Below are positions 17,589 to 27,558 of a DNA stretch of 41,180 bases, piece by piece; the stretch's first letter is position 1; each line of letters starts with the position of its first letter. The stretch is from Candidatus Amesbacteria bacterium RIFOXYB1_FULL_44_23 (GTDB lineage: Bacteria > Patescibacteriota > Microgenomatia > CAZETR01 > Amesbacteraceae): the NCBI GenBank assembly GCA_001773775.1, contig MEXR01000001.1:1-41180 (forward strand), in the 5' to 3' direction. The translations under genes were made by a program, and so were the position numbers. The notes below the pieces were generated by a model. The model searched no databases and was not told the origin of the DNA. It saw only the letters and a list, made by a program, of their open reading frames with translations.

Positions 17589-18885
17589 AACCATCACCGC
17601 GCAACCGAAGTGGGAATTGGTTTTGGGTTTTGAAATCCATGCCGAGTTGGCTACCAAATCAAAAATGTTTTGCGCATGTCCCGCAGACCATTTCGGCCAG
17701 GAACCCAACACTCAAACCTGTCCGGTTTGTTTGGGTTTGCCTGGAGCCTTACCCGTACCCAATGCCAAAGCCATCGAATGGTGCATTAAATTGGGTCAGG
17801 CATTAAATTGCAGTATTAACTTAGAATCGAAGTTCGACCGGAAGAATTATTTTTATCCCGACCTCCCCAAAGGGTATCAAATCAGTCAGTACGATAAACC
17901 GTTTTGTCATGACGGTTACTTGGATTTGGCCTCAGGAAGGAGAATCCGCATTACCCGGGTTCACATGGAAGAAGACACGGCTAAACTGCAACACTCTCAA
18001 ATTGACGGACAAAAAGTATCGTTGATAGACTTCAACCGTTCCGGAGTTCCGTTGGTAGAAATCGTCACCGAACCCGATTTTAAAACCACTTCCGAGTCAG
18101 ATGAATTTCTAAAAGAAGTTCAACTCATAATTAGAGCTTTGGACATCTCCACCGCCGATATGGAAAAAGGGTCAATGCGTCTGGAGGCCAATATTTCGGT
18201 GCGGCCTGTTGGAAAAAAAGATTTACCAGAGTTCAAAGTAGAAGTTAAAAATGTCAACTCGTTTAGGTTTATTAAAAAAGCCATTGAATTTGAATTCAAT
18301 CGCCAGGTGGAACTATTGGAACAAGGCCAAATTCCGTCCCAGGAAACCCGGGGCTATGATGAAAGTAAAGGAGTAACCTTTTCTCAAAGATCCAAAGAGC
18401 AGGCTCACGATTATCGCTATTTTCCCGAGCCCGACATCCCGCCCTTTAAATTTTCCCAAAACCAAGTCAACCAGTGGAAGCAGGAACTGCCCATTCTGCC
18501 TGCCCAAATCAGATCCCAACTGGTTGCATCGCAGCTCTCTTCGGATTCTGCTTCAACCTTAATCGCCTCGCCTGTCCGGCTAAAACGATATTATGAATTA
18601 ATAAAGAAAGGCTTAGTCCCTAAAAAAGCTGCATCATTGGTCATAAATGCCCCTGAAGACAAAGTGTCCACCATTGATCAAGTCCAAACAAATCCCACCA
18701 CCGACGTTTCCCAAATACTACCCTTGGTAGAGAAAATAGTTTCTGAAAATCCCAAAGCCGTTTCCGATTTTAAAGCCGGCAAGACTCAGTCTCTCTTTTT
18801 CTTGGTCGGCATGGTCAAGCGCCAGCTTCCTCAAGCCGACGCAAATCAGGTCAGGGATTTAATCACCTCTAAAATTTCCGGTTAG
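17575..18885 (+). CDS. gatB: Asp/Glu-tRNA amidotransferase subunit B
   Basis: WELVLGFEIHAEL, CPVCLGLPGALP, NRSGVPLVEIVTEPD, and a C-terminal GatB/YqeY-like tail. Confidence 0.95.
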   Translation: MTTSKTITAQPKWELVLGFEIHAELATKSKMFCACPADHFGQEPNTQTCPVCLGLPGALPVPNAKAIEWCIKLGQALNCSINLESKFDRKNYFYPDLPKGYQISQYDKPFCHDGYLDLASGRRIRITRVHMEEDTAKLQHSQIDGQKVSLIDFNRSGVPLVEIVTEPDFKTTSESDEFLKEVQLIIRALDISTADMEKGSMRLEANISVRPVGKKDLPEFKVEVKNVNSFRFIKKAIEFEFNRQVELLEQGQIPSQETRGYDESKGVTFSQRSKEQAHDYRYFPEPDIPPFKFSQNQVNQWKQELPILPAQIRSQLVASQLSSDSASTLIASPVRLKRYYELIKKGLVPKKAASLVINAPEDKVSTIDQVQTNPTTDVSQILPLVEKIVSENPKAVSDFKAGKTQSLFFLVGMVKRQLPQADANQVRDLITSKISG

Positions 18886-18956
18886 TCACTTTTGTTTCTA
18901 CCCCCGCCTTAGTTGCAAAAGGATACAAAAAATCCGTTTGAAAATGTTGGGAAAAA

Positions 18957-18995
18957 GTGTCATGATGACACACGGAAACAGTCGCTAGTCGACTG
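18957..18995. promoter_or_regulatory. Two adjacent inverted repeats upstream of dnaE
   Basis: GTGTCAT-g-ATGACAC (18957-18971, perfect 7+1+7) and cagtcg-ctagt-cgactg (18979-18995). They end 8 nt before ATG 19003. Confidence 0.3.
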
Positions 18996-19002
18996 AAAAC
19001 AT

Positions 19003-22000
19003 ATGCCAGCTAATTTTGTTCATCTCCACAACCACACCGAATACTCCCTTCTTGATGGTCTCTCCAAAACCAAAAAAATGATTGCCAAGTTAAAGGCCAT
19101 GGACATGACGGCCGCCGCTATTACCGATCATGGAGTCATGTATGGTGTGATTGAGTTTTACAAAAATTGTCAAAAGGAAGGCATAAAACCCATTTTGGGA
19201 ATGGAAGGATACATCGTGCCGGAGAACTTAAGACGGAAGGAATCAAAAGCGGATCGGGTAAACAATCACATTGTGTTACTGGCCAAAAACATGGAAGGCT
19301 ACAAAAATCTGATGAAACTAAGCAGTATTGCCAATGTAGATGGATTCTATTATCGACCCCGATTTGATAAAGAATCTTTACAAAAACACTCCTCGGGACT
19401 GATTTGTTTATCTGCCTGTCCCAAGGGTGAACTGGCCAGTGCCATTCTGGAAAATGATTTAGCCAAAGCCAAACAGGTTGCTGCCTGGTATCAGGAGGTT
19501 TTTGGTAGTGAGAACTATTATCTGGAAGTTCAGCGGCATCAATACGAAGATTATGTGGCGTCTGCTCAAGACAACAAAATCAAAGAGTCACTTCGTCAGT
19601 TGCAAAAAACCGAAAACACCTGGGTTGAAGGCATTGTCAGCTTAAGCCGTGACTTAGGAATACCGATTGTAGCTACCAATGACTCTCACTACATCGAGCA
19701 GGCAGACGCCCAGGCCCAGGACGTACTGGTTTGTGTTTCCACCGCCAAAAATGTTACCGACACCGATCGGCTGCGTTATGTAGACACTCCGACCTTTTTC
19801 CTGCGCTCGGAGGCAGAGATGCGCAGCATCTTTCCTGATTTACCGGACGCTTTGACCAACACTTTAAAAGTAGCCGCTCAAATCGATTTAACCATCGAAA
19901 TGGGCAAATGGCACTTTCCGCTTTTTGAACTGCCTAAAAACAAAGATGCTCCAACCTTGCTTCGGGAACTCTGTCAGGCAAGACTTTCAGAGCACTACGA
20001 CCACATGACCGAAGAGCTTCAAACTCGTCTGGATTTTGAACTCAACACCATTATCGACAAAGGATACGCCCCTTATTTTCTTATTCTGGCGGATATGGTC
20101 AATTTCTGCACCGACCACGGAATTATCACCAACACCAGGGGATCTGCCGCCGGATCCGTGGTTTCCTACATCATGGGCATTACTACCGTTGACCCTCTCC
20201 GGTACTATTTGCCTTTTGAAAGGTTTTTAAATCCTTTTCGGCCCAGTCCTCCGGATATCGATTTGGACATCGCAGACGACAGGAGAGAAGAATTAATTGT
20301 TTACGTCACCGAAAAATACGGCCACGACAAAGTGGCCCAAATCTGTACCTTCGGTCGGATGCTGGCCAGAGCAGCAGTTAGGGATGTAGCTCGGGTATTG
20401 GGTCATCCCTATTCCTTCGGTGATCGGATTGCCAAAGTTATCCCTCTGGGATCTCAGGGGTTTCCCATGTCCATAGACCGGGCTCTTGATGAATCCCCGG
20501 AGTTAAAGGCTCTCTACGATTCAGACCCTCAGGTCAAAGAAACGGTTGATCTGGCCAAACAGATTGAAGGCGGGGCCAGACACGCGTCTGTTCATGCAGC
20601 CGGAACCGTCGTTTCCCCTTCAATTATGACCGACTTCACCCCTCTGCAACTGGAGCCCAAGGGTACCAAAATCATCACTCAATATGAAATGCACGCTTGT
20701 GAAGATGTGGGTTTGGTTAAATTCGATATTTTGGGTATTCGCAACTTATCCATTCTGGGTGCAGCCAGAGACATCGTGGAAAACGAAAGACAGATAAAAA
20801 TAAACCTGCGAAAAATTCCTTTGGAAGACAAAAAAACTTTTACCATGTTAGCCAAAGGCGAAACCATGGGTGTCTTTCAGTTGGGCGGCTCCGGCATGAC
20901 TAAATGGCTGAAAGAACTTAAACCCAACCGGATTGAAGATATCATGGCCATGATCGCTTTGTTTAGACCCGGTCCCATGGCCAATATCCCTGAATATTTG
21001 GCCAGAAAAAATGGTCGTTCTCCGATTGAATACATGCATCCTAAAATGGCCAAGTTTTTAGAAAAGTCTTACGGGATTTTGGTTTATCAAGACGACCTGC
21101 TTTTTACGGCCTTGGAGTTGGCCGGCTACAATTGGGAATCGGTGGATAAATTCAGAAAAGCCGTCGGTAAAAAAATACCGGAAGAAATGGCCAAGCAGCA
21201 CGATATTTTTGTGAAAGGCTGTCAAACGGCCTCCGCCATGACCAAGGATGAAGCCGAAAAAATCTGGGAGTTGTTCGTACCGTTTCAGGGCTACGGCTTT
21301 AACAAAGCCCACGCAGCCTCTTACGGCATTGTTTCATATCAAACCGCTTATATGAAAGCTCATTATCCGGTTGAATACATGACGGCTCTTCTAACTGCAG
21401 AATCCGGAAATACCGACAAAGTTGTAGATGCGGTTGAAGAATGTAAACGCATGAAAATTACGGTTCTGGCTCCTGATATCAATCTCTCTCAAACTCAATT
21501 TACCATCGAGCCCAACACTCAATCGCTGGACGGGCGGGCGATTCGTTTTGGTTTGTCAGCCATTAAAAATGTCGGCGAGGCCGCCATCGATGCTATTTTG
21601 CAGGCTAGAAAATCCGTTCCGTTTACTTCATTTACCGACTTTTGTTTCCGGGTAGACGGTCAGAAAGTTAATCGCAAAGTCTTGGAAAGCTTGATTAAAG
21701 CCGGCGGTCTGGACCGCTTTGGTAAGCGGGCTTCCATGTTGGCGGTTTTGGACAAAGTCCGGGAAATGGGTACCAGCATCAACAAGATGAAAAACTTAGG
21801 TCAGGAGAGTCTGTTCGGTGACTCTCAGCAGGTAGACCGGGAGGATCATCTTCCCGATATCGACGAATTTGAAAAAACCCAGAAGCTGGAAATGGAAAAG
21901 GAACTCTTAGGCTTTTATCTCACCGATCATCCTCACGCAGCTAAGCTTTCACAGCTCAGCCAGGCCGTATCCCAAAGAATCGGAGATCTTTATACCGAAA

Positions 22001-22587
22001 ACTTTCATGGCCAGACGGTTACCATCGGGGGCATTGTAGAACAAGTCCGGCTGGTAACCACCAAGTCGACTAATCAACCCATGTGTTTTGCCAAAATTTC
22101 CGATTTGGGAAAATCAGTGGAAGTGATAGTCTTTCCCAAAGTTTATGCCGTGACGTCAGCCATCTGGAAGCAGGACAGTCTGGTGCTTCTTCAGGGCAAG
22201 GTTGAATCAACCGAAACTACAGCCGAGGAAGACGGATTGGAAGTCCAGACCAGAACCGTCAGCGTCATTGTTAACACAGCTACCGCCTTTGTCGGTCCCG
22301 ACACGGTATTGCCTGAAATAAACGGCAATCATGCTCCCGGCCCCAGGTCCAACGATTTTAATCCCGGTAACTCAGTAAATCATTCCGCCCGGATTTCCAT
22401 CTATGTTCCTCAAAATACGCCCCAATCTAAACTCATTTTGCTCAATAACCTCCTGCAGGCTCACAAAGGTAAATCCCTGGCCGAACTGATCTTTGCCGGC
22501 ACCAGCTCCAGCCGCTCAATTCCGCTTCCTTTTGGCCTGGATTGGTCCGAATCGTTAAAAAAAGAAATTTCCCTACTCCTTGAGTAA
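19003..22587 (+). CDS. dnaE: DNA polymerase III alpha subunit
   Basis: N-terminal PHP (HLHNHTEYSLLDG), polymerase core (GVFQLGG, FNKAHAASY), HhH and OB-fold regions. 1194 aa. Confidence 0.97.
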   Translation: MPANFVHLHNHTEYSLLDGLSKTKKMIAKLKAMDMTAAAITDHGVMYGVIEFYKNCQKEGIKPILGMEGYIVPENLRRKESKADRVNNHIVLLAKNMEGYKNLMKLSSIANVDGFYYRPRFDKESLQKHSSGLICLSACPKGELASAILENDLAKAKQVAAWYQEVFGSENYYLEVQRHQYEDYVASAQDNKIKESLRQLQKTENTWVEGIVSLSRDLGIPIVATNDSHYIEQADAQAQDVLVCVSTAKNVTDTDRLRYVDTPTFFLRSEAEMRSIFPDLPDALTNTLKVAAQIDLTIEMGKWHFPLFELPKNKDAPTLLRELCQARLSEHYDHMTEELQTRLDFELNTIIDKGYAPYFLILADMVNFCTDHGIITNTRGSAAGSVVSYIMGITTVDPLRYYLPFERFLNPFRPSPPDIDLDIADDRREELIVYVTEKYGHDKVAQICTFGRMLARAAVRDVARVLGHPYSFGDRIAKVIPLGSQGFPMSIDRALDESPELKALYDSDPQVKETVDLAKQIEGGARHASVHAAGTVVSPSIMTDFTPLQLEPKGTKIITQYEMHACEDVGLVKFDILGIRNLSILGAARDIVENERQIKINLRKIPLEDKKTFTMLAKGETMGVFQLGGSGMTKWLKELKPNRIEDIMAMIALFRPGPMANIPEYLARKNGRSPIEYMHPKMAKFLEKSYGILVYQDDLLFTALELAGYNWESVDKFRKAVGKKIPEEMAKQHDIFVKGCQTASAMTKDEAEKIWELFVPFQGYGFNKAHAASYGIVSYQTAYMKAHYPVEYMTALLTAESGNTDKVVDAVEECKRMKITVLAPDINLSQTQFTIEPNTQSLDGRAIRFGLSAIKNVGEAAIDAILQARKSVPFTSFTDFCFRVDGQKVNRKVLESLIKAGGLDRFGKRASMLAVLDKVREMGTSINKMKNLGQESLFGDSQQVDREDHLPDIDEFEKTQKLEMEKELLGFYLTDHPHAAKLSQLSQAVSQRIGDLYTENFHGQTVTIGGIVEQVRLVTTKSTNQPMCFAKISDLGKSVEVIVFPKVYAVTSAIWKQDSLVLLQGKVESTETTAEEDGLEVQTRTVSVIVNTATAFVGPDTVLPEINGNHAPGPRSNDFNPGNSVNHSARISIYVPQNTPQSKLILLNNLLQAHKGKSLAELIFAGTSSSRSIPLPFGLDWSESLKKEISLLLE

Positions 22588-22618
22588 ACTTAAGCTTTGA
22601 GATAAAATACCCACACGT

Positions 22619-22957
22619 ATGGCAAATAGAATAGATATAAAGGGTACTTCAGTCGGTTCCGGCGACTTGGTCAGAGTACATCTAAAAGTAGTTGAAGGCG
22701 ACAAAGAGCGCATTCAAATTTTTGAAGGTATGGTAATTTCCCTGCGGGGCAGAGGCGACGATAAAACCTTTACCGTCAGGAAAATTGCCTCCGGCAATAT
22801 CGGAGTCGAGCGGATTTTTCCGGTCAGCTCTCCCTGGATTTCTAAGCTTGAGGTCAAAAAACCCGGACATGTTCACAGAGCTAAACTAGGTTACGTCAGG
22901 ACTAAATCCGCCAAGCAGGTTTCCCAGATTTCCAAAGATCAATCACAATCAGTCTAA
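22619..22957 (+). CDS. rplS: 50S ribosomal protein L19
   Basis: [48 protein letters not shown] is the canonical bL19 pattern. Confidence 0.95.
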   Translation: MANRIDIKGTSVGSGDLVRVHLKVVEGDKERIQIFEGMVISLRGRGDDKTFTVRKIASGNIGVERIFPVSSPWISKLEVKKPGHVHRAKLGYVRTKSAKQVSQISKDQSQSV

Positions 22958-22961
22958 TTGC

Positions 22962-24617
22962 ATGCGTCAACTGCTCGCGGTAATTCTGCTCACCTCCTTT
23001 TTTCGTCTATTCCAATTATCTGTTAATCCGGTCGGAATGTACTGGGATGAATTGGACACCGGCTACCAGGCCTACTCACTTCTTCAAACAGGGCGTGACT
23101 ATTTTGGCAACTTATTTCCGGCCCACTTGCAGTCCTTTGCCGATTACAGATCCGGACTGTACATGTATCTCACTGTGCCTTTGGTTAAGTTACTTGGTCT
23201 GACCCCGGTATCAGTCAGACTCACGGCAGCCGCATTTTCAATTGTTTCGGTATTTCTGATTTACTATTTGGCTAAAAAGCATTTAGGATTTGGCAAATTC
23301 TCCTGGATTCCATCGCTTGTCATCGGTTTGGCTCCCTGGATGGCTATCCAGGGACGGATAGCTGCAGAGTCGGCACTGCTGATACCCCTGATACTTCTGG
23401 GGCTAATTTATTTTTTTTCAAAAAGATACTCTCTTTCTGCTTTGTTTTTTGCTTTGACACTCTGGACCTACGGTACCACCAAATTGTTTTTACCAATCTT
23501 ATTGATACTGTTAGTTGTTACCAACCTCCGTCGACTTAACTTTCGCCAGCTACTCATCCCGGGTCTGATATTTGCCGTAGTCGCCTTTCTTCCTGTATTT
23601 GAAACTTTTTCAAAGCCTGTTGGGCGTCGGATGACTGAGGTCTCAGTTTTGACTGATCCCACCATTAAAACCCAGGTTGATTTTCAAAGACTGCAGGCAG
23701 CCCTCGGCTGGGGAGCTGCCCGAAAGCTGGGCATGCAACCGGGTCTGCCGGAAAAAATTACCATCAATAAACTGACCGCCTGGGGTCAGATCATGCTGGG
23801 AAACTACGTTTCTGCCCTGTCTCCCGAATTTCTCTTTCTTTCCGGTGATCCCAACCTTCGCCACCACATTCCCGCTCCGCTTACCGGTCAATTTTATTTA
23901 ATCGATCTGATTGCCTTCGTGATTGGCATCAGCTTTCTCTTAACAGCCAAAAACTTTCAGCACAGAAATTTACTATTACTCTGGTTACTTCTCTCCCCAC
24001 TGCCGTCAATTATCACCAGAGATGGTGGAAACCACGCCCCTAGACTGATCTTTGAGTTTATACCGGTAGTTCTTGTAATTTCCTACGGCCTCAAATCACT
24101 ACTGTCCCGACGTTTGCTTAAATTCGGATATTTAGCCGTTCTTTTTTGCAGTCTGTCCTTTTTTTATTACTACTTCTTCTCAACCTACAAGGTAATCTCA
24201 GCCCCCGAATTTGACACCGGCTTTTTGCCGGCAGTTCAAACTGCCGTTGCCAACAGCTCGAAATACGATCGGGTGATTCTGGATGGGGCAAACGAGTCCC
24301 TGCTGATGGCGTATCTGTTTGTGGCCCGTCCAAATCCGGCCCAGTTTCAAAAATCATTTCCTTTACCTTCGGGAAAAATTATTGAAGGGGTAGAAGGTTA
24401 CCAGTTTGGCAACATCGTCGTTCTTTATCCCGGCATCCGCAACTGGTCGAAAATAACTGCCTCCGGATCAAACTTTGTCGTCGTTTCCACTCTCTCACCC
24501 GGACTTGAAAACATCACCTCCCAAGATGCCGTCCTCGGTCCGGATTCCACGCCGCTTTTTGTAACTTTAGAAGCCAGATCTAGTGGCCCAATAGGCACAC
24601 CAGACCGGGAATTGTGA
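22962..24617 (+). CDS. GT-C fold membrane glycosyltransferase (GT39 / ArnT-PMT-like)
   Basis: Multi-TM N-terminal two thirds with an acidic first-loop motif (YWDELDTGYQAYSLLQTGRDYFG). The C-terminal domain looks soluble. It starts 4 nt after rplS. Confidence 0.75.
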   Translation: MRQLLAVILLTSFFRLFQLSVNPVGMYWDELDTGYQAYSLLQTGRDYFGNLFPAHLQSFADYRSGLYMYLTVPLVKLLGLTPVSVRLTAAAFSIVSVFLIYYLAKKHLGFGKFSWIPSLVIGLAPWMAIQGRIAAESALLIPLILLGLIYFFSKRYSLSALFFALTLWTYGTTKLFLPILLILLVVTNLRRLNFRQLLIPGLIFAVVAFLPVFETFSKPVGRRMTEVSVLTDPTIKTQVDFQRLQAALGWGAARKLGMQPGLPEKITINKLTAWGQIMLGNYVSALSPEFLFLSGDPNLRHHIPAPLTGQFYLIDLIAFVIGISFLLTAKNFQHRNLLLLWLLLSPLPSIITRDGGNHAPRLIFEFIPVVLVISYGLKSLLSRRLLKFGYLAVLFCSLSFFYYYFFSTYKVISAPEFDTGFLPAVQTAVANSSKYDRVILDGANESLLMAYLFVARPNPAQFQKSFPLPSGKIIEGVEGYQFGNIVVLYPGIRNWSKITASGSNFVVVSTLSPGLENITSQDAVLGPDSTPLFVTLEARSSGPIGTPDREL

Positions 24618-24639
24618 TTTAGAAGCGCTTCCTCTCCTA

Positions 24640-24668
24640 TTGACAAACACAAAGCCAAAGCATTAATC
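24640..24668 (+). promoter_or_regulatory. Promoter TTGACA-17-TTAATC, 7 nt upstream of ATG 24676
   Basis: TTGACA at 24640-24645 and TTAATC at 24663-24668, with no SD in the 7-nt gap. Confidence 0.4.
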
Positions 24669-24675
24669 TGAATGT

Positions 24676-24888
24676 ATGGCTGCCAAAAAGAAAACCTCAA
24701 CCAGTTTGAAACACTCTCCTTTGTTAAGTAAAGCTCCTTTATCTCAGAGACCGTACGTAACCATGGCCCTACTGGCCATCCTGACCTGCGCTTTAGCTCT
24801 CACCGTAGAATTAATTCAAAATGCTCAGGTTTTAGAAGCCCGTTCCAAAGCTTCAGTTCCCGCAGTTCGTGTCCAGAACAACAAGTAA
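24676..24888 (+). CDS. Small membrane-anchor protein, 70 aa; looks like the N-terminal part of the following adaptor gene
   Basis: Basic N-terminus, then one TM (VTMALLAILTCALALTVELI). It ends in TAA and is in the same frame as the next ORF. Confidence 0.5.
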   Translation: MAAKKKTSTSLKHSPLLSKAPLSQRPYVTMALLAILTCALALTVELIQNAQVLEARSKASVPAVRVQNNK

Positions 24889-24891
24889 TTT

Positions 24892-25560
24892 ATGACCCCA
24901 TACATAGGCCTGGCTATGGCCGATATTATCGAACTCAGGTTTCCGTTTTCTGGTTTGGTGGCAAATCTGAACAAAAAACTGGGAGACTCGGTGAAAAAAG
25001 GTGAAATTATAGCCAGTCTTACCCGAACAACTCTTCAATCAGAACTGGATAGGCAGCTAGCCGAATACGAAAAGGTCAGAGCCGATTTTGAAATTTTTGC
25101 CTTGCAAAATCCCGATCCGAGCGACGACATTTCCAAATATCAAAAAACTGCCAGACAAGCCCAGCTTAATGCTTCCGTTAAGGACGTAGAAATCGCCAAG
25201 GCCAAACTCGATCTGGTCGACTTGGTTTGCCCTTGCAATGCGGCAGTTCTCAGTACGGGCGGCATCCTGCAGGGAATCTACATCACCCCGTCTGCCAATC
25301 CGGTAACCCTTCTTGACTCCGACAGTCTCAGATTCCAAATCGAAGTCGGTTCTCACGACGCGCCCTTTTTTGCTTCAGAACGCAAGGCTGTAATAACTAT
25401 CGGGGCTCAGGACAAAAAAGTCCACGCAATATCCAAACCGGCCGCCATTACTCTTCTTTCCAAAGCCCCGTACTTCACCTATCTGGTGGATATTATTCCT
25501 GACGATTTTCTGGACATTCTTCCCGGCATGGAGGGCTCAATCGAATTTTCGGATTTGTAG
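24892..25560 (+). CDS. HlyD/membrane-fusion-protein-like periplasmic adaptor (barrel-sandwich plus coiled coil), lacking its own TM
   Basis: FPFSGLVANLNKKLGDSVKKGEIIASL is a lipoyl-like motif. It is followed by a coiled-coil hairpin (LQSELDRQLAEYEKVRADF...KDVEIAKAKLDL) and a beta-rich C-terminus. Confidence 0.65.
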   Translation: MTPYIGLAMADIIELRFPFSGLVANLNKKLGDSVKKGEIIASLTRTTLQSELDRQLAEYEKVRADFEIFALQNPDPSDDISKYQKTARQAQLNASVKDVEIAKAKLDLVDLVCPCNAAVLSTGGILQGIYITPSANPVTLLDSDSLRFQIEVGSHDAPFFASERKAVITIGAQDKKVHAISKPAAITLLSKAPYFTYLVDIIPDDFLDILPGMEGSIEFSDL

Positions 25561-25561
25561 T

Positions 25562-26638
25562 ATGGCCAGATTGACATATCAGCAGCTGATCGATCGTCAT
25601 CTGGAAATTCTTAAAAGCCTGCGCTATCCTACCGGATTATTTTCTGCCAGTAAAAAAGGAGCCGGGAATTGGTATGACAAGTCGTGGCTCAGGGATAATT
25701 TTTACGAAACATTGGCCTTTGAAGTAATAGGGGATTGGAAAACTGTAGAAAAAACCTATTCGGCTATTTTAAATATATTTCTGCGTTACGAACCCAAAAT
25801 AGACTGGGCCATTTCCAATAAGCCCCAGGCATCGTTTCAATACATCCACGCCCGCTTCCATCCCGAAACTCTGGATGAATTTTGGGAAGAATGGGGTAAC
25901 AAGCAAAATGATGCCATTGGTTGTATTCTCTTTCGCATCGGGGAATTGGAAATTAACCAAAAGCGCTCCATTTTAAAAACGCCGGACGAAATTCGCATCG
26001 TCAATAAACTGGTCAAATACCTCTCCTCCATTCAGTATTGGCATGACCGCGACTCCGGCATGTGGGAAGAGGGAGAAGAACTCCACTCATCATCCGTAGG
26101 GGCCTGTGTGGCGGGTTTGAAGTCGGTTGCCCGCCTTCCCGATATCGAAGTTCCCAGAGTTCTGATTCGCCATGGAGAAAAGGCTTTAAGGTCCCTTCTT
26201 CCCCGCGAGTCCCAGGCCAGATTTGTTGACCTGGCCCTGCTTTCTCTGATTTGGCCATACGATGTAGTTACTGACTCAGAACGTGATCAAATTCTCACCA
26301 ACGTCGAATACCACCTTCTCAGAGAAAAAGGCGTAATTCGTTACAAGGGAGACCGGTATTACAACAAAAATCCCGATGGTGTTTCAGAAGAGGCTGAATG
26401 GACTTTTGGCCTGTCATGGTTGGTCATTATTTACGAACACCTTAAGCGTCCGGACAAAGCCAAGGAGCTTCTCAATAGCCTGATCGCCGAAGACACTCCG
26501 GAAGGCTTGCCGGAACTGTATTTTAGTAATTCCCCTGAATACAACGAAAATACTCCTTTAGGCTGGAGTGAGTCACTGTTTATTGTAGCCCTCTATGAAA
26601 TGAGTCGGGAGATAAATTTGCGGGAGATCGGAAAATAA
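25562..26638 (+). CDS. Glycoside hydrolase family 15-like (glucoamylase / phosphorylase-kinase alpha-beta type) protein
   Basis: GLFSAS...YDKSWLRDNFY, WGNKQNDAIGCILF, YWHDRDSGMWEEGEELHSSSVGACVAGL and TPLGWSESLF match the (alpha/alpha)6 GH15 pattern as I recall it. Confidence 0.75.
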   Translation: MARLTYQQLIDRHLEILKSLRYPTGLFSASKKGAGNWYDKSWLRDNFYETLAFEVIGDWKTVEKTYSAILNIFLRYEPKIDWAISNKPQASFQYIHARFHPETLDEFWEEWGNKQNDAIGCILFRIGELEINQKRSILKTPDEIRIVNKLVKYLSSIQYWHDRDSGMWEEGEELHSSSVGACVAGLKSVARLPDIEVPRVLIRHGEKALRSLLPRESQARFVDLALLSLIWPYDVVTDSERDQILTNVEYHLLREKGVIRYKGDRYYNKNPDGVSEEAEWTFGLSWLVIIYEHLKRPDKAKELLNSLIAEDTPEGLPELYFSNSPEYNENTPLGWSESLFIVALYEMSREINLREIGK

Positions 26639-27556
26639 ATGCTGTACAATGAGTTTGTGAAATACCCCCAGTATCAGTTTATTAAAACCGAATGGTTTAA
26701 GGCTTTGGTCATGTTTGTTACGGCCATTGTCCTGGTTTTTGTGGTTTTTAATCCCTTTGCTCCCAAAACTTCATTTTTCGGTTTTCCCGCACCAACTCCC
26801 ACTCTAATTCCTGAGCCTTCTCCCATCGGAGGTTACCCCAAAGAAACTGATCAGTTCCTAGTCAAACTGGAAAATGCCATCGGTTCCGAATGGGAAATTG
26901 GCCAATACGACATTTCACCTAAAGGCGACACAGTTGCCTTTTCAGCCTTTAAAAACCCGTCCACGTTGTCACTCTTTATTTACTCGATTAAAACAAACTC
27001 CGCCAGATCAATCATAACTAACAGCTCCAGCCGGCTGCGCAGTCAAGAAAGCAACCTGGACAACCACCAGGTTAAGTTTTCTCCCGGGGGTGAGTACTGG
27101 TTTTTCAACCAGACGATTTACGATTCCACCCAGCTGTACGTTCTGTCTTCAGACGGAAAAGTTCTTTACATAGGTAAAGATGATCTGGGTCATCCCACCT
27201 GGCTGAATCGGTATCAATTGTTGTTTATTGCTTCCTCAACCGGAGAAAAAGCCGCCATTCTGGACTTATACAATAATCAGGTCACTAAATCCGATATTCC
27301 CTCAAATCTGATGCATCTGTCCCTAAGTCCCGGGTTAGCCCACCTGGCAGCTCTGGAAAGAAATCCCGGAGGAAAACCCACTCAGTGCGGCCAGTCTAAC
27401 TTGGTAGTTTATGATTTTGTCACCAGTACCCTGCTTAAAAAAATTCCTGACGTCAATCCCGAAAACGTCAAATGGGTGGGAGCCAGCGACCTTTCGTATC
27501 AAACAATTATCAGTTGTCCCTCCACATATTCAGCGACAACTGTAGTATCATTTTAA
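26639..27556 (+). CDS. Membrane-anchored protein with TolB/PD40-like beta-propeller repeats
   Basis: One TM (ALVMFVTAIVLVFVVF) and a Pro-rich linker. Repeats of the type ISPKGDTVAFSA / FSPGGEYWFF / LSLSPGLAHLAA. The ATG directly abuts the preceding stop. Confidence 0.65.
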   Translation: MLYNEFVKYPQYQFIKTEWFKALVMFVTAIVLVFVVFNPFAPKTSFFGFPAPTPTLIPEPSPIGGYPKETDQFLVKLENAIGSEWEIGQYDISPKGDTVAFSAFKNPSTLSLFIYSIKTNSARSIITNSSSRLRSQESNLDNHQVKFSPGGEYWFFNQTIYDSTQLYVLSSDGKVLYIGKDDLGHPTWLNRYQLLFIASSTGEKAAILDLYNNQVTKSDIPSNLMHLSLSPGLAHLAALERNPGGKPTQCGQSNLVVYDFVTSTLLKKIPDVNPENVKWVGASDLSYQTIISCPSTYSATTVVSF

Positions 27557-27558
27557 TC

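Noticed and set aside
19003-22587. Intein or intron in dnaE or other long genes
   Set aside because: Lengths and motif order are normal. No inserted block with splicing motifs was noticed.
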